Of a stretch of DNA of 64,000 nucleotides, positions 25,770 through 38,572 are shown piece by piece (position 1 is the stretch's first letter; every line of letters starts with the position of its first letter). The position numbers and the translations under genes are program-made. The DNA is from Lama guanicoe (Eukaryota), in assembly GCA_013239625.1 (NCBI GenBank), contig MU053482.1:124001-188000 (forward strand), read 5' to 3'. The notes under the pieces were generated by a model, which worked only from the letters and a program-made list of their open reading frames with translations, had not been told where the DNA came from and made no database searches.

Positions 25770-26630
25770 TAAAGAGCCCAGAAACTACTATACTTGGAAT
25801 TTAAAATGTAATAAAGTAGCATTTTAATTTAGTGAGGAAAGGAAGACCAACTCAATTAATGGCATTTGGATGTTGGACTACATTATTTTTTAAGAGAATA
25901 AAATTAGTTTCCACCTCACTCAGTAAAAAAATAAAATTCCAAATAAATTAAAGATGCACTTTTTTTTAACCACAAAAATATTAAAAATTAAAATGAAGTC
26001 CTTAGAAATATAGAAAAGTATGTTGGGGTTGGAAAGCTCTTCCTGAGATAAGAAAACCATATTTCAGAAACAGTAACAATTGAATGATATTATTATGCAA
26101 AAATATAGTCAAGGATAAATAAAAATCCTAGGAGAAAAAAATTACAAAGCATATAACAGACTAAAGGATAATATCCTTAAATACTAAGTTTCTATAAATG
26201 AACATGGAAAAATTAGAAAATGTGCAAAGAATCAAAATAGGAAATTCACACTACAAGAAAAATAAATGGCCAATATTCATTCATATACAGATGTTTGAAC
26301 AGATGTTCAAAATGTAAAGAAATGAAAATCAGTATCATATTAAAATATCACAGTTTTCCTATCATATTGGAAAACATTTTTTAAAATTTAGCCCCTAGCG
26401 CTGGTGGCATTGCATGAAAACAAATATATCTTTAAGGGTATTCATTGCTACACTGTTGCAATAGTAAAAGAAATTATTACAATTTCCATATCCATTAATA
26501 GAATAATAAATAAATTATGGTACATATATTACAATGGAATGTTTTGCTTCCATTTTTTAGAAAAGGAGTAATAGCCGTAGCATACAGTTAAGTAAAAAAG
26601 CAAATTGAAGATTTCAGTGCTTAAGATAAT
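25770..26630 (+). mobile_element. Degraded old L1 (L1ME-like)
   Basis: A-rich tract with L1 ORF2 remnants such as taacagactaaaggataatatcc, aaatggccaata, ggtacatatattacaatggaat. Confidence 0.6.
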
Positions 26631-27076
26631 GTTTTTCTCTGTGTGTATCAGTTAGGACATTTTACATTATAAGTAGCAGAACATCCAACCTTAGTTTGGC
26701 TTGAGAAAAAGGAATGTCTTTGTTTCTGAAACTGAAAATTATGTTTCTAGTATCAGATTTATCTAAAGATTCAAGACATCATCCAGATTTCCATTTCTTT
26801 ATGACTCTTCAGGTCTGCCTTCCAGATGTTAACTCTCCCAGGATCAGGATTAAGGTGAGATGAGTGGGTACAAAATTTAAGAAGGTACCAAAAACCTCCG
26901 TAAGCAAGATAAATAATATTTTTAAATAATCTGTATTTAAATAAAGATTAAGCAAATTGCCACAAACTGTCACAATGAACAAAATATCAAAATTTTAAAC
27001 AAAGATAGGGTTGATAGGGCTATACTGGACCATATTGCAACCCAAGGCAAAAGGAAAAATGAGAGCCCTTTATATA

Positions 27077-27321
27077 CCATTGACCCTTGAACAATGCAGG
27101 GGTTAAGGGCGCCAACCCTCCAGATAGTAGAAAATCTGTGTATAACTTTACAGTGGACACTCCGTATTGGTCGTTCTGTATCTGCTACAACTATAAAGAT
27201 GAATGAGATACATTCAGCTAACCACAGATGGTGTAGTACTGTAGTATTTACTATTGAAAAACAAAATCTGTGTATAAGTAGACCCACTCAGTTCAAACCT
27301 GTGTTGTTCAAGGACCACTTG
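27077..27321 (-). mobile_element. Tigger2a-like TcMar MITE
   Basis: Imperfect TIRs ccattgacccttgaacaa and ttgttcaaggaccacttg, flanked by TA at 27075-27076 and 27322-27323. Confidence 0.85.
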
Positions 27322-29019
27322 TACAAGTTTTATGTGGTTTTAGTGGTTAGATTTGCCCAAAATTTTATTTTGAAAATATTATTTATGGGTTTCTTCCATT
27401 AAAATCAGTAAAATTATAATACATTCTAATTTTCATATAAATAATACATTTCAACTTTAAGCTGTGAGTTTTACTCTACCTACTTTTCAATTGTTTCAAT
27501 ATTTTTAACCCACTTTAATATTCTAAGGGGAGAAATTAGCCATTGTCCCAGCCCTGCATAGCAGAAATGTCTGCAACAGTTCAAGATGTCAAGCCGTACA
27601 CACTGGACAGTGTATACTTATACTACATTATACAGAGGACTCAAGAAGATCGTGTCTGAATCAACGGTTTATTGAGTTTATTCCAGGAAAATCTAACATT
27701 CCCAGGAACCAAACTTTTATTCCCTTCCTAGATTTCCCTTCCCATTTATTCCCTTACCTCAGTTCAAGAGAAATTTCTTCCCTAACATGTAAAAGAAGCT
27801 GCCAGTTGCAGAACTCTGGAGCAAAACAGGATAGTATTTATACCTCATCAGGAATCCCTTGGGTAAGGAGAGCGCTTCTACCTTACTTAGTCTTTAGGGA
27901 CCATCCCACTTAACTGAACAGAATCAGACCCCTGAAGGACCAGTCTCCAGAGATCACTGACTCAGGAACCAGAGAGGGTGGGTAATCTGTGTCCTGCCTG
28001 AAGCAGCCTGTACAAGTTGCACCTGCTAAGGACTCCATATCTCTGGCTAACCTGTGGACACAGAGTGGGTTAATGCAGCTAGTTGCTGCTAATCAGTACA
28101 TAGAATATTAAAGCCCTTCCTATACTTGCTAGACCTTAATGTACATAGAAACCTGCAGAAATATAGACGAGATAGTAGCTCTGAAGGAGCTAAGTGGTGT
28201 GTGGGGGTGGGGGGGTGTCCAAGTGATTTTCAGTCATAAAATTAGGTGATATTTACCAGCAAAGGGTACGGAGGTCAACCACATCACCAGCATTTTAAAT
28301 TAGTCCATCCATAAATATACATATTGAACCCTATGTTATTTGCTGGAATTGTAATTATGAATAAGACATAATCTTTGCCCTCACAGAACTCAAGTTCCCA
28401 AGAAAAGGAACAGGAAAAGGAAGAAAAGCTCCCATGAGTGGGAGTTCTATATCCTGGAGGAGATAATCAATTGATATTTGGATTTGCGTATCTAAAACTC
28501 AAAAGAACTCTAGGATAGAGAGATGGGGGACTCATTTAATGTAGGCAGTGGCTAAGGAAATGAGCTTTTTTGTGCTGAAAAAGCATGAAAGAGTAAGGGT
28601 CAAAATGTGAACTCCAAGAAACTACTCCAATTTTGCTTACCTGGTCAGAAACAGTGTGCTATAATTCCTAATGTTGAGGATAGTCAGAAGCCTGGTAGAA
28701 CAGAAAATCAAGAGTACCCTGTTTCCTCCTACTCTTGTCTTTCCCCAGTCTCTGAGATACAGCAAAGACGTACAAAGTAAGAAGTCCTGCAATCAGCAGC
28801 TTATTTGCCACCATGACGCCAAGCTAGCTTTGTGAGAAATTGGTTTACTAATCACTGGGTTTGCGGACTAATTTAGCTGATCATTTAAGTGCTTGATAGC
28901 GATGCCTGTTCTAACTTGAGGGAGGTAATTGTGCTTTCATTTATTTTTCAAACATTGATTATGTTCCATGCATTTTGTGATGTACTGAGAGTCCAAATGT
29001 GAATGACACACATGCTTCT

Positions 29020-29170
29020 TTTTTTCTATTTATTTATTTGCCAGTTTTATTGAGAAATAATTGACATACATTACTGTATAAGTTTAAGGCATATAGCGTC
29101 ATGGTTTGATCTGCATACACTGTGAAATGATTACCACAATAGGTTCAGCTAATATCCCTTCTTCTCAAAT
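29020..29170 (-). mobile_element. Short L1 3'-end insertion inside an L2 remnant
   Basis: T-rich tail then ttttattgagaaataattgacatac; degenerate TSD atgacacacatgcttct (29003-29019) and atgacatacactcttct (29171-29187). Confidence 0.75.
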
Positions 29171-29857
29171 ATGACATACACTCTTCTGATTCCAAGGAGC
29201 TTATAGTCAATTAGGGGTGCAAATAAACAGCCCGTCATAACTCATTACATATTTTTTGAGATCTGTAAAAGACGCAACAGACATACAAAGGTAGGAACCT
29301 AGGAATGTCTGGAAAAACCAGGAAAGACTTCTCAGGAAAGACAGTTCTTGAACTGAAATTTGTAGAATGAACAGGAATTTTCCAGATGGCTGAAGGGCAT
29401 GAGTGGCTGTTTTTCAAAAACACCTGCCATTGTAGAAGTGAATGGAGAGCTCCTGGAGTCTGTACAAAGAATCAATGCACATTTTGGGATTAAAAAATTG
29501 GAATCCATTTTGGTGTTAAATGTAAAATTTTTTTTACCTATTTGTGCATAACTCACTTCATGTGGTGTTCAGCTCCCTGTATTTCTGGAGTACAGAGGAT
29601 ACTAAATGCTCATGTCAAAGCCATACACACCTAGTTATTATTTCTGGGTTATGGGGGAGGGATTTAAGAAGAGAAGACAAAAAGTAGAGAAACATAAGAG
29701 GCAAAGAAGGTGATCCAGAAGAGAGAAAAAGAAAAGTTGCTGGAAGAGGAAGAAGGAAGAGAGAGAGGAAGAGAAGGAAAAGCTCTCAGTCCAGAAAGTC
29801 TCTGTGATTCACCTAGTTTCCTTGATAAAGCTGGGAGTAGGGATTCAAGGGGAGCCA

Positions 29858-30826
29858 TTAGCCCAGAGCAGGAGCACAACACCAGGCCTTGATGTTAAAG
29901 AACCGGTGGGCGACCCCCTCCCGGATCTGCTTAGTCTTCACACCATAGACAATGGGGTTGAGCATTGGCGGCACCACCACATAAAGATTGGCCAGCACAA
30001 TATGGACATGCTGAGGTATGTTCCGTCCAAAGCGATGGGTCAATAATGTAAAAAAGGATGGAACATAAAACATGAGGATGACACAAAGGTGAGAACCACA
30101 AGTGCTGAGGGCCTTGTGCCTGGCATCCTGGGAGGGCAAATGGAACACTGCTCGGAGGATCAGTGAGTAAGACACAGCGATGAGGATCACATCCAAGATG
30201 ACCATGATGATGGGCACTGAGAAGCCATACCAGATGTTAATGGTAATGTCAGCACAGGCCAAGCGGGCCACTCCAATATGCTCGCAGTAAGAATGGGGGA
30301 TGATGTTGGTCCGGCAGAAAGGCAAGCGCTTTAGCAAGAAAATCACTGGGAAGATGATGCAGAAACTTCGGGTGACAATGGCCAGAGCAGTCCTTCCCAC
30401 AACAGGCCACGTTAGCATTGTTGCATAATGCAGGGGGGTACAAATGGCCACAAAGCGGTCAAAGGCCATGGCTAACAGGATGGCTGACTCCCCAACAAAC
30501 ATCATGTGAACAAAGAAAACTTGGGTGACACAGGTATCAAAGGCAATGTCATGAGCATGGAGCCAAAAGATGGCTAGGGCCTTGGGGACAGTAGTGGTGG
30601 ACAGCAGGATGTCGGTGATGGCCAGCATGGAGAGGAAGACGTACATGGGCTCATGAAGGTTACGTTCCATGATGATGACCACGATCAGGATGCTGTTCCC
30701 CAGGACTGCAGTGATATACATGAGGCAGAGGGGTACTGACAGCCAAATGTGATAAGCCTCCAACCCAGGGATGCCCAGTAAGACAAAAACTACAGGGTGG
30801 AAGATGGTAAAGTTGGTGTGAGTCAT
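29858..30826 (-). CDS. OR52B2: Class I olfactory receptor 52B2, intact, 322 aa
   Basis: LHEPMY, MAFDRFVAICTPL, HSYCEHIGVARLAC, KALSTCGSH, PPMLNPIVYGVKTKQIR; closely matches recalled human OR52B2; upstream tandem acceptor tttcAG|cAG near 30877-30873. Confidence 0.93.
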   Translation of the reverse strand: MTHTNFTIFHPVVFVLLGIPGLEAYHIWLSVPLCLMYITAVLGNSILIVVIIMERNLHEPMYVFLSMLAITDILLSTTTVPKALAIFWLHAHDIAFDTCVTQVFFVHMMFVGESAILLAMAFDRFVAICTPLHYATMLTWPVVGRTALAIVTRSFCIIFPVIFLLKRLPFCRTNIIPHSYCEHIGVARLACADITINIWYGFSVPIIMVILDVILIAVSYSLILRAVFHLPSQDARHKALSTCGSHLCVILMFYVPSFFTLLTHRFGRNIPQHVHIVLANLYVVVPPMLNPIVYGVKTKQIREGVAHRFFNIKAWCCAPALG

Positions 30827-31280
30827 GATGCACTTTAGGGTCCTCTCTGTGATGACTTAGAAGCTGATGAATCTGCTGAAAGGGAGAGAAAAAGAAAGCA
30901 CCTGTGAGTATGTGCAGAGATCACAAAAGAGAGCGTGGGTCTCTAAACTGTGGGACTCGTTTACAGAATTCCCAGGGACATGGCAGTGTGATGGGAGTCA
31001 TAGCTTCAGCTCTAGAACCAAGGAGAACTAGGAGAGGGAATCATGGGGAAGATTAAGTCCAGGCTGAGGACAAGAGAAGTCATTTCTCCCTTGCAGCCCC
31101 CGACAAGATTCTTTTATTCTCTAGTGTCTTCTTTTCTCCCAGTGAGTCCCACCCAACTCTATTTTTTGTTTATGCCCATTCCCTCTCTAGAGAGTTATGT
31201 AAAAGCCTTTTACATCTTTATGCATTTTAATTTTGGAAGACTCTCTCAACATCATAGCGACATATTAAAATGCACCCACA

Positions 31281-31422
31281 GGGGGAGGGTATAGCTCAAG
31301 TGGTAGATTTTCGAGGCTCTGGGTTCAATCCCCCATACCTCCTCTAAAAATAAACCTAATTACCTCCCCACCACCACCAAATAAAATAATTAAACAATAT
31401 GATAATAAATAAAAATATTTTT
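31281..31422 (+). mobile_element. tRNA-Ala-derived SINE (camelid Vic-1-like), internally deleted
   Basis: ggggagggtatagctcaagtggtaga (A box), gggttcaatcccc (B box), AT-rich tail; TSD aaatgcacccaca (31268-31280) and aaatgcacacaca (31423-31435). Confidence 0.85.
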
Positions 31423-32964
31423 AAATGCACACACAAGCCACATTAGATAGAATTGCTAGATAAATATATAGGAATTGAGTCAGTTACTTTTTGCCTAGTT
31501 GTATTATCTAGCAACTTATTTAAACAAGTATTAATTTCATTTTGCCATTTTTCTTGTACTTGTGTTTCACATCTCAAGTGTTTTTCACCACTCTTAGGTT
31601 CTTTTAAATGCACAGACTCTACACACTGAAGCTATGTCCTTAACAGATGAAACAGCCTGCTCCCCACCCCAACCCCAGATTATAAAAGTGGACCTAGGTT
31701 GGCAGTACAATATATGGAAGCATTAGTTGTGAGATGTGTCATGAGACATTTGTTTCTAACAGTATATAAAGTACCAAAATTTGTAAATGGCTTATCCTTT
31801 TAATAAATTGGAACAAATTCAGATTTATCCCTCTAATAGCCTCACTCCTGTTCATGTGCACTTAAAGCCAGCATGTAAAACGCTTTCATAATCTAAAGCC
31901 AGTATTATTTATGCTGCAGAGGCACTGAGATAGTCTTAATTCACTGGCATACCCTTAATAGCAACTCATATTTTTTTAATAAATCTAAACATCTCAAGAA
32001 AAATGTCCATCAACCCATTTGTTTCACTCCCTATAAACACTTTGTGGATTCTGTCAACATTTGGGTAAGCATATGGTGGTGTATCATGTGTAAATATCAT
32101 CATAATATTCTTATGATGTGACAGCAAAAACATGGAGGACCCCAGCTCCAAGACACAACCTCTTCTCCCAGCCTCTGAATCTGTTCTGTAAAATGCAGGA
32201 TAGGAGACTGAGTGAGGAGGATTTTTCCAGTTTAAACACCCAGACTGACACCCAGATTACCAGGAGGAAGTTTCCTTAAGAGCTTTCCTCACTTTGGGAT
32301 TGGGGAGTTCACGGCACTCAGCACAGTGTCTCACACATCATAGATTACTTAGGAAATGTTTAAACAAATGAACTATGGAAATAGTCAATTAATCCTTCAC
32401 CAGTAGCTTTGCTTGTTTCTCCAAAATGATGATCAAAATCTGAGCCATTTTCCTGAAGAGCCCCCACTGATATCCCTTGTCCTGGTACAGTCTGATTCTG
32501 ACTACTTTATGAACTGCCCTCAAACCTTTTATCAAAAGGTCTCTCTTCCCCCTGTGTTCTCCTGGTACTTTTCCTGGCCCCTTTCCGCATTCTCGTTCCT
32601 AACCACTTACACCTCCTAGTCCCACTGACATCTCCCTCAGTGCCTACACCCCTTGCCACCCTGAGCTCTGTCATGCTGCAATCCCTCTCTCATCGTTTGT
32701 CTCGCTGACCACTTGTCCTTCTCCCACATTTCCTCTCTCCCAGCTCATCTTTGTCCTTTACTGATACTCTTAAATACACACAAATACACACACACACACG
32801 CATACATGCACTCTTGCCAATCCCTCCCTCTACCACCGTCAACGCCCTTAAACTCACCTATGACATTACAGTATCAGATGAGGGGTTGCGAAAGTGTCAG
32901 AAAACAGCTAGAAACTTTGCTTGTTCTGAGGGAAGAGGAATGAGAAGGAAAGAGAAAGCTGGAG

Positions 32965-33180
32965 ACTGACCATGTTGGCATGAGGGTTGTCATTACTCCT
33001 GCTCTGTACAGGGTGCTTATATTTAGAAACTGAGAAGCCATCTGCTTCCTTCTTCTGGAGTCAGGTGTTAGAGTCACCCCTGGGATCAGTTCCCCTTTGG
33101 TCCATGAACCAAAGGAGAAATGAAAACCCTTCTCCAAGAAGGGAGTCAAGGGAGCCAAGAGGGAGCACTAATTCTAGGGA
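32965..33180 (-). promoter_or_regulatory. Candidate OR52B2 promoter and short non-coding first exon
   Basis: On the minus strand: homeodomain site (CTAATT 33168-33173), O/E-like TCCCAGGGGT (33085-33076), TATA-like TAAATATAA (33025-33017), donor ATG|GTCAGT after 32971. Confidence 0.4.
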
Positions 33181-33602
33181 TAAAATGCTCCAGACAAAAT
33201 GCACATGAAGTATTGGAAGACACAGCATAAGAGCAGTGACAGAAATCCCAGCAATAAAGTAATAACATAATAACAGCTAACGTTGAGCCCTACTAAATCC
33301 TTGTCGTGGGGTTAGGGTTTAATATAAATTATTGCATTTAATTCTCAGAACAATCCAGTGAGATAAGGCATGGTTATTGTATCCATTTGGCAGATGAGAA
33401 AATAGAGATTTGGAGAGATGAAATAGCTGATAAGGAGGGAAGACAAAAGCCCCCTCGGATGAACATGTCAAAGTGTTCAGACTCAGTCCAGAAACATAGA
33501 TTAAGGGAGCTGAGAGGGAGAATCTTAGGCACCCTCTAGGGTCAGTCACTCAAGAAAAAATGAGACAATAAATGAAAAGTTGATTAAAATTTTTACACAA
33601 TT

Positions 33603-34445
33603 ATGGCCAATAGGCACATGAAAAAATGCTCAATATCACTAATTATCATAGAAATGCAAATCCAAACTACAATGAGGTATCACCTCACACCAGTCAGAAT
33701 GGCCATCATTCAAAAGTCCACAGACGATAAATGTTGGCGGGGCTGTGGGGAAAAGGGAACCCTCCTACACTGTTGGTGGGAGTGTAGTTTGGTACAGCCA
33801 CTATGGAAAACAGTATGGAGATTACTCAAAAGACCAAAAATAGACTTACTATATGATCCAGCAATCCCACTCCTGGGCATATATCCAGAGGGAAACTTAA
33901 TTCAAAAAAATACATGCACCTCAATGTTCATAGCAGCACTATTTACAATAGCCAAGACATGGAAGCAACCTAAATGCCCATCGACAGATGACTGGATAAA
34001 AAAGATAACCATATATAGCAATGAAATAATGCCTTTTGCAGCAAATGGATGGACCTAAAGATTATCATACTAAGTGAAGTAAGTCAGACAAAGATAAATA
34101 TCATATGGTATCATTTATATATGCAACCTTAAAAAGTGATACAAATGAACTTATTTACAAAACAGGAACAGACTCACCGATATAGAAAACAAACTTATGA
34201 TTACCAAAAGGGAAAAGGGGGAGGGATAAATTATGAGTTGGGGATTATCAGATATAAACTACTATATATAAAATAGATAAACAACAAGGTCCTACTGTAT
34301 AGCACAGGGAACTACATTCAATATCTTATAATAACCTATAATGGAAAAGAATATATACATATTATTTGTATAACTGAATCACTATGCTGCACACCAGAAA
34401 CTAACACAACATTGTAAATCAACTATACTTCAATAAAAATGAATT
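33603..34445 (+). mobile_element. L1 3' end with complete 3'UTR, closely related to the copy at 11004-12965
   Basis: ORF 33603-34058 is the L1 ORF2 C-terminus ([16 protein letters not shown]...[13 protein letters not shown]); ends tatacttcaataaaaa. Confidence 0.92.
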
Positions 34446-34449
34446 AAAC

Positions 34450-35470
34450 ATATAAATGTATATACACTATAAAAATAGTATCTTTACAATCTCAGGGTAG
34501 AAAAGAACTTATTAAATAATAAACAAAAGCATATGGCCTCGATGAGCTTTTTTTTAAAATTCAAGTTTATTGTAAGACAAATGACACCATAAATAAAATT
34601 AAAAGATAATTAACAGAATGGAAGGTTATATTTTCAATATAAAACAAAAGTTTAGTATCTTGAATATATAGAGATGTCTAGAAAAACTACAGGGATTTAA
34701 AAGACAACTGAATAGAAAAATACACGAAGAAAATGATCAGGCAATTTACAGAAGAGGAAATTTAAATGACCAATACATGAAAATGTTTGAAAAATGACAT
34801 TAAAATAGTGAGCTAATATTTCTTATAAATCAGATGCATTAAAATGTATGTATGATCATATGATGTATCAAGGATGTCAAAAAAAGTATCTCTCAAACTG
34901 CTGGGGGGAATACACAAACGAGCATTTTGAAGAGCAATTTAACAATATCAACTAAAGGTGAAAATGTGCATATCTTATGATCCAGCAATTCCACTTCTAG
35001 AGGTACACTACAGAGAATCTTTCATACATTTGAAAATGGACACATGTGTAAAGATGTTAATAGCAGTATGCAGAGCAAAATAATCAGAAACAGTTTTAAG
35101 TACATCAATAAATGAATTATATTTGGCCTAATCGTATGCTGTAAAACTATATAGCAATTTAAAGGGATGACAAAGATCTGTATCTCTGAATAAATAGAGT
35201 TCAACACATAATTTTCTGTATACAGTAGGCAATAATTTACATAAATATTTAAAAGTACCAACTAGCAAAAGCATTAAAAACTGAATTAGAAAGATACACT
35301 AAATTCAGGATAATTACTGTCTCTAAGGGGAGAATCAAACACTATGGGAGATAAAAGAGACTTCAATTTTATCTGTAATTTTTATTGCCTTTATTAAAAA
35401 GGAGCTAAAAGCAAGTTGGACGAAATGTTAGTAATTGTCAGTTCTGGATGTGCTGACACACGTGCATTTG
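34450..35470 (+). mobile_element. Degraded old L1 (L1ME-like)
   Basis: ggcaatttacagaagaggaaa, tatgatccagcaattccacttctag remnants. Confidence 0.65.
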
Positions 35471-35483
35471 TTCTTATTCTTTA

Positions 35484-35532
35484 TACACACATGTACGTAC
35501 ACACACACGTACACACACACACACACACACAC
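35484..35532. repeat. Imperfect (CA)n microsatellite
   Basis: tacacacatgtacgtacacacacacgtacacacacacacacacacacac. Confidence 0.9.
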
Positions 35533-38444
35533 AAAAGCTACTTCTCAAATAAAATACGACCAAAAAAATACAAAGAAGCATATCAGAGACACAAGTATCA
35601 GTTATGAAGCTGCTGCAATATTCTGAGATAAATTTGTTGGGTATAAAAAAGGACACACTGCAGTGGGGACAGAGAGGAGACATACAAACACACACACACA
35701 CACAAGGACATGGGCTTCAGTGGCTGTTTGGATGTAGTAAGAGAGGCTGTTTCCCCATTCATATTACTGTGCTTGCATATACTCTTTAATGTTTGCTATG
35801 GATGACACAGCACTTTTCCTGGTTGTAAGAGTCAGCCATGCAACGTGAGCCTAGAGGAAGGGAGGCGATGATGGGAAAAGATAAAGGTGCTACCTATTAC
35901 CTCAAAAAAGAACTTCAGGGAATTAACTTCTTGAAAAGGGGCCCCAACAAAGTTAGTCAATTCAGAAGTCCCCCTCTAAGTGCGAGAGAGCCTTCAGAGG
36001 AAACCCCTCATCCTGTGCTAGGTCTTTAGGAGACCATCTCAGCACGGCTCTCACTACCCAACAGTGTTCAGAGAGGCTTAGTCAAAAAAAAATGCCTGTT
36101 CCATACCTCACATTGAAGGAAAGAATGATTGGATAAGTTAAGGGGAGTTTCAGGGTCCCAACCTAATCTTCCTGTCTTACAATGTTGCCTGGGAGACAAG
36201 GATGAGAACTGTGACCTCAGCACAGAGGAGAGCAATAGTGTCACTGCTAAATATGGTCAAAGGGCTGACCCAGCTTCAGAGGAAGGGTTAATGAATAAGG
36301 AGAGCAGACAATATTACAGGAAAATTGTTAAAAACTAGATCTGACCTATTTCATACCCCTATCAGAGCCTGACTTCTATAGGATCATATTATAACAGAAG
36401 GAGAATCGCTCCTCTCCCAAATCTACAGCCTAGGTGTCAGAACATCCACTGTCCTAGGGCTTGGGGACTCCCAGTGCCCCATTAAGGACCTTCTCATGGA
36501 AGGACTGGGAAGTCCAGATGGAAGGGGGAGGTGAAGCCAGAAGACAGAATGGTACAGTGGTTCCATACTTCCTCCACATCTCCATAGGAGAATGGAGATA
36601 TGAAGTCCTTCTGTCGCTCCAGAAACCGAGGGAATATGAAGCCTGGGCTACAGTGGTGCTACTGGTCACAGAGGGGACTTACACTGACTTGGGAATAGAG
36701 ACTTGACAATTGAGAATTTGCCTTAGGAGTTTTCTGGAAGAGGATTCAGTGTTGAGTGGCACCACTAGAACCCAAGATTTTCTGGTCTGTAATCTACTGC
36801 GTAAATAGATCATCACTCTCATGTCTTGTTGCTCATTGGTCACTGTAAGCAGAAAACCATAGATCAGGCCCACACAGACACAGTTGATCTCTCAGAACCC
36901 TGTTCTACAGCAGGTGTGGTGGCAGCTACATTAGACAAAGTGAGAAAATCAGGGGGTCAGTCCCCAAGTGGAGCCCTCCTATCCTATTTTCATGCCAGTC
37001 CAGAAGCCACTGTGAGATCTAATAAGCCTCCCCTCTTCCTCCCGCTCCACCTCTACTACCTCCAGAGGGCTGGCATCCGCCTCTGAGTAATAGCCCCACA
37101 AGGTCACAGGTGCATTGCTAGAACCCCTCCTCTAACGGCCAGTGTCACAGGCAAAGACCAGCCAGATCACCCATCAAAATGCGGTCAGAGAGCTCCTATA
37201 ATGTTGGACTGGAGCCTGGGAGACCAACAAAGGAAAATTTCTAGAGACAAAGTCAGTGATATCCCCCAATACTTCCTGCATTACTAGAGAGTGGGAAATG
37301 CAGAATATAGCAGATTTGCAAGAATTTAATAACTTCAATGTTGTTGGGCTTAAGGGGTCTGTGATTTATCTTATGAACAATCATTATACAAACAGTTAGT
37401 GCCCAGGATAGGCATGTGTCAGCCAGAAGTGCTGTTAGTGTCCTCTTGGGACTGTTTGAATGTGGTGGCATCAAGTGTACTTTTTCCCAGCCCTCTCCTT
37501 CATGGCTCTCAGCCCACTGCTCCCACCTCCCAAGAGCACCTCTCCTCCTTTGGTGGGTGAGGGATCACCATCCACTGCCAAATAATTGCAGCTCTTTCTA
37601 TATATCCCCATTCAGCAATCCTAGGACCACCTGCCAATCCCAAAGTCACCTGAACTCCTCCCAGGAACAGATGACTTTTGCCCCAGTTCTCCTTAGAAAA
37701 CTACTCCTGTGCTAATCGTGGAAGTCTATGAAGCAGCGACTAAGAGCAGGGATGCCAGGGTCAGTATCCTAACTGCTGTCTACCAGCTGTGTGACCGTGG
37801 GCAAGTTACCTAATTTCTTCATGCCTTAGCTCTTTGTCTGTAAAATGGGGTAAATATTTGTACCTGCTGCAAATGCATGTCATGAGGACAGGGCTTAGGG
37901 CAGAGCCTGCTCATAGGAAACTCCACAGGACTGCAGCCATTACTATAATTCAGAGACTTCCCTGACTCCCACAGGAAGAGGGAGAGACTCCTTTCTCTAT
38001 GCCCGCACCATACCTGGTACTGACCTAAATTAGTGCAGTTACCGTAATAGCCCTCCGACAATTGCTTGCATTGCTGTGTCCACTGGACTGCGAGCTCCCT
38101 GAGAGCAGCAAGGTCTTGTTATCACCATTGCATCCTCACCACAGGGCACACACAAGAGTCATCTGGTTCTGCTATAAAGCTGGGTTTGAAATGTAAATGT
38201 GTTCCAACCAGTTGATATATTAGGGGACTGAGCCTAATGTGAATTTCCTGTTTGCTTATGTGTGATTCCATCTGCAAGAAACTAGGTGAACGCAGAAAAC
38301 TGCACCCAGCTGAATCAAGCCACGTAGGAAAACCTAACACGCACACGTGCACACATGCAAACATTTATCAGCTGCCTCTGTTCACTGCTTGTGTTGTGAG
38401 CTACACCCATCCACAAGTGGTATTACAACATTCCACCCAATTTT

Positions 38445-38572
38445 TTTTTTAATTTTGGAGGGTAATTAGGCTGGGGTTTTTTTAATTATTATTTAATAGG
38501 AGGTACTGGGGATTGAACCCAGGACCTTGTGCATGCTAAGCAAGTGCTCTACCACTGAGCTATACCCTCCCC
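38445..38572 (-). mobile_element. tRNA-Ala(AGC)-derived SINE (camelid Vic-1-like)
   Basis: Minus strand reads ggggagggtatagctcagtggtagagcacttgcttagcatgcacaaggtcctgggttcaatccccagtacctcc, then an AT-rich linker, cctaattaccctcc and an A tail; degenerate TSD attccacccaatttt (38430-38444) and attccactaaatttt (38574-38588). Confidence 0.9.

Noticed and set aside
38497..38572. tRNA-Ala(AGC) gene
   Set aside because: Followed by a SINE tail and A-tract, flanked by a TSD, and a sister copy exists at 31281; it is a SINE head.
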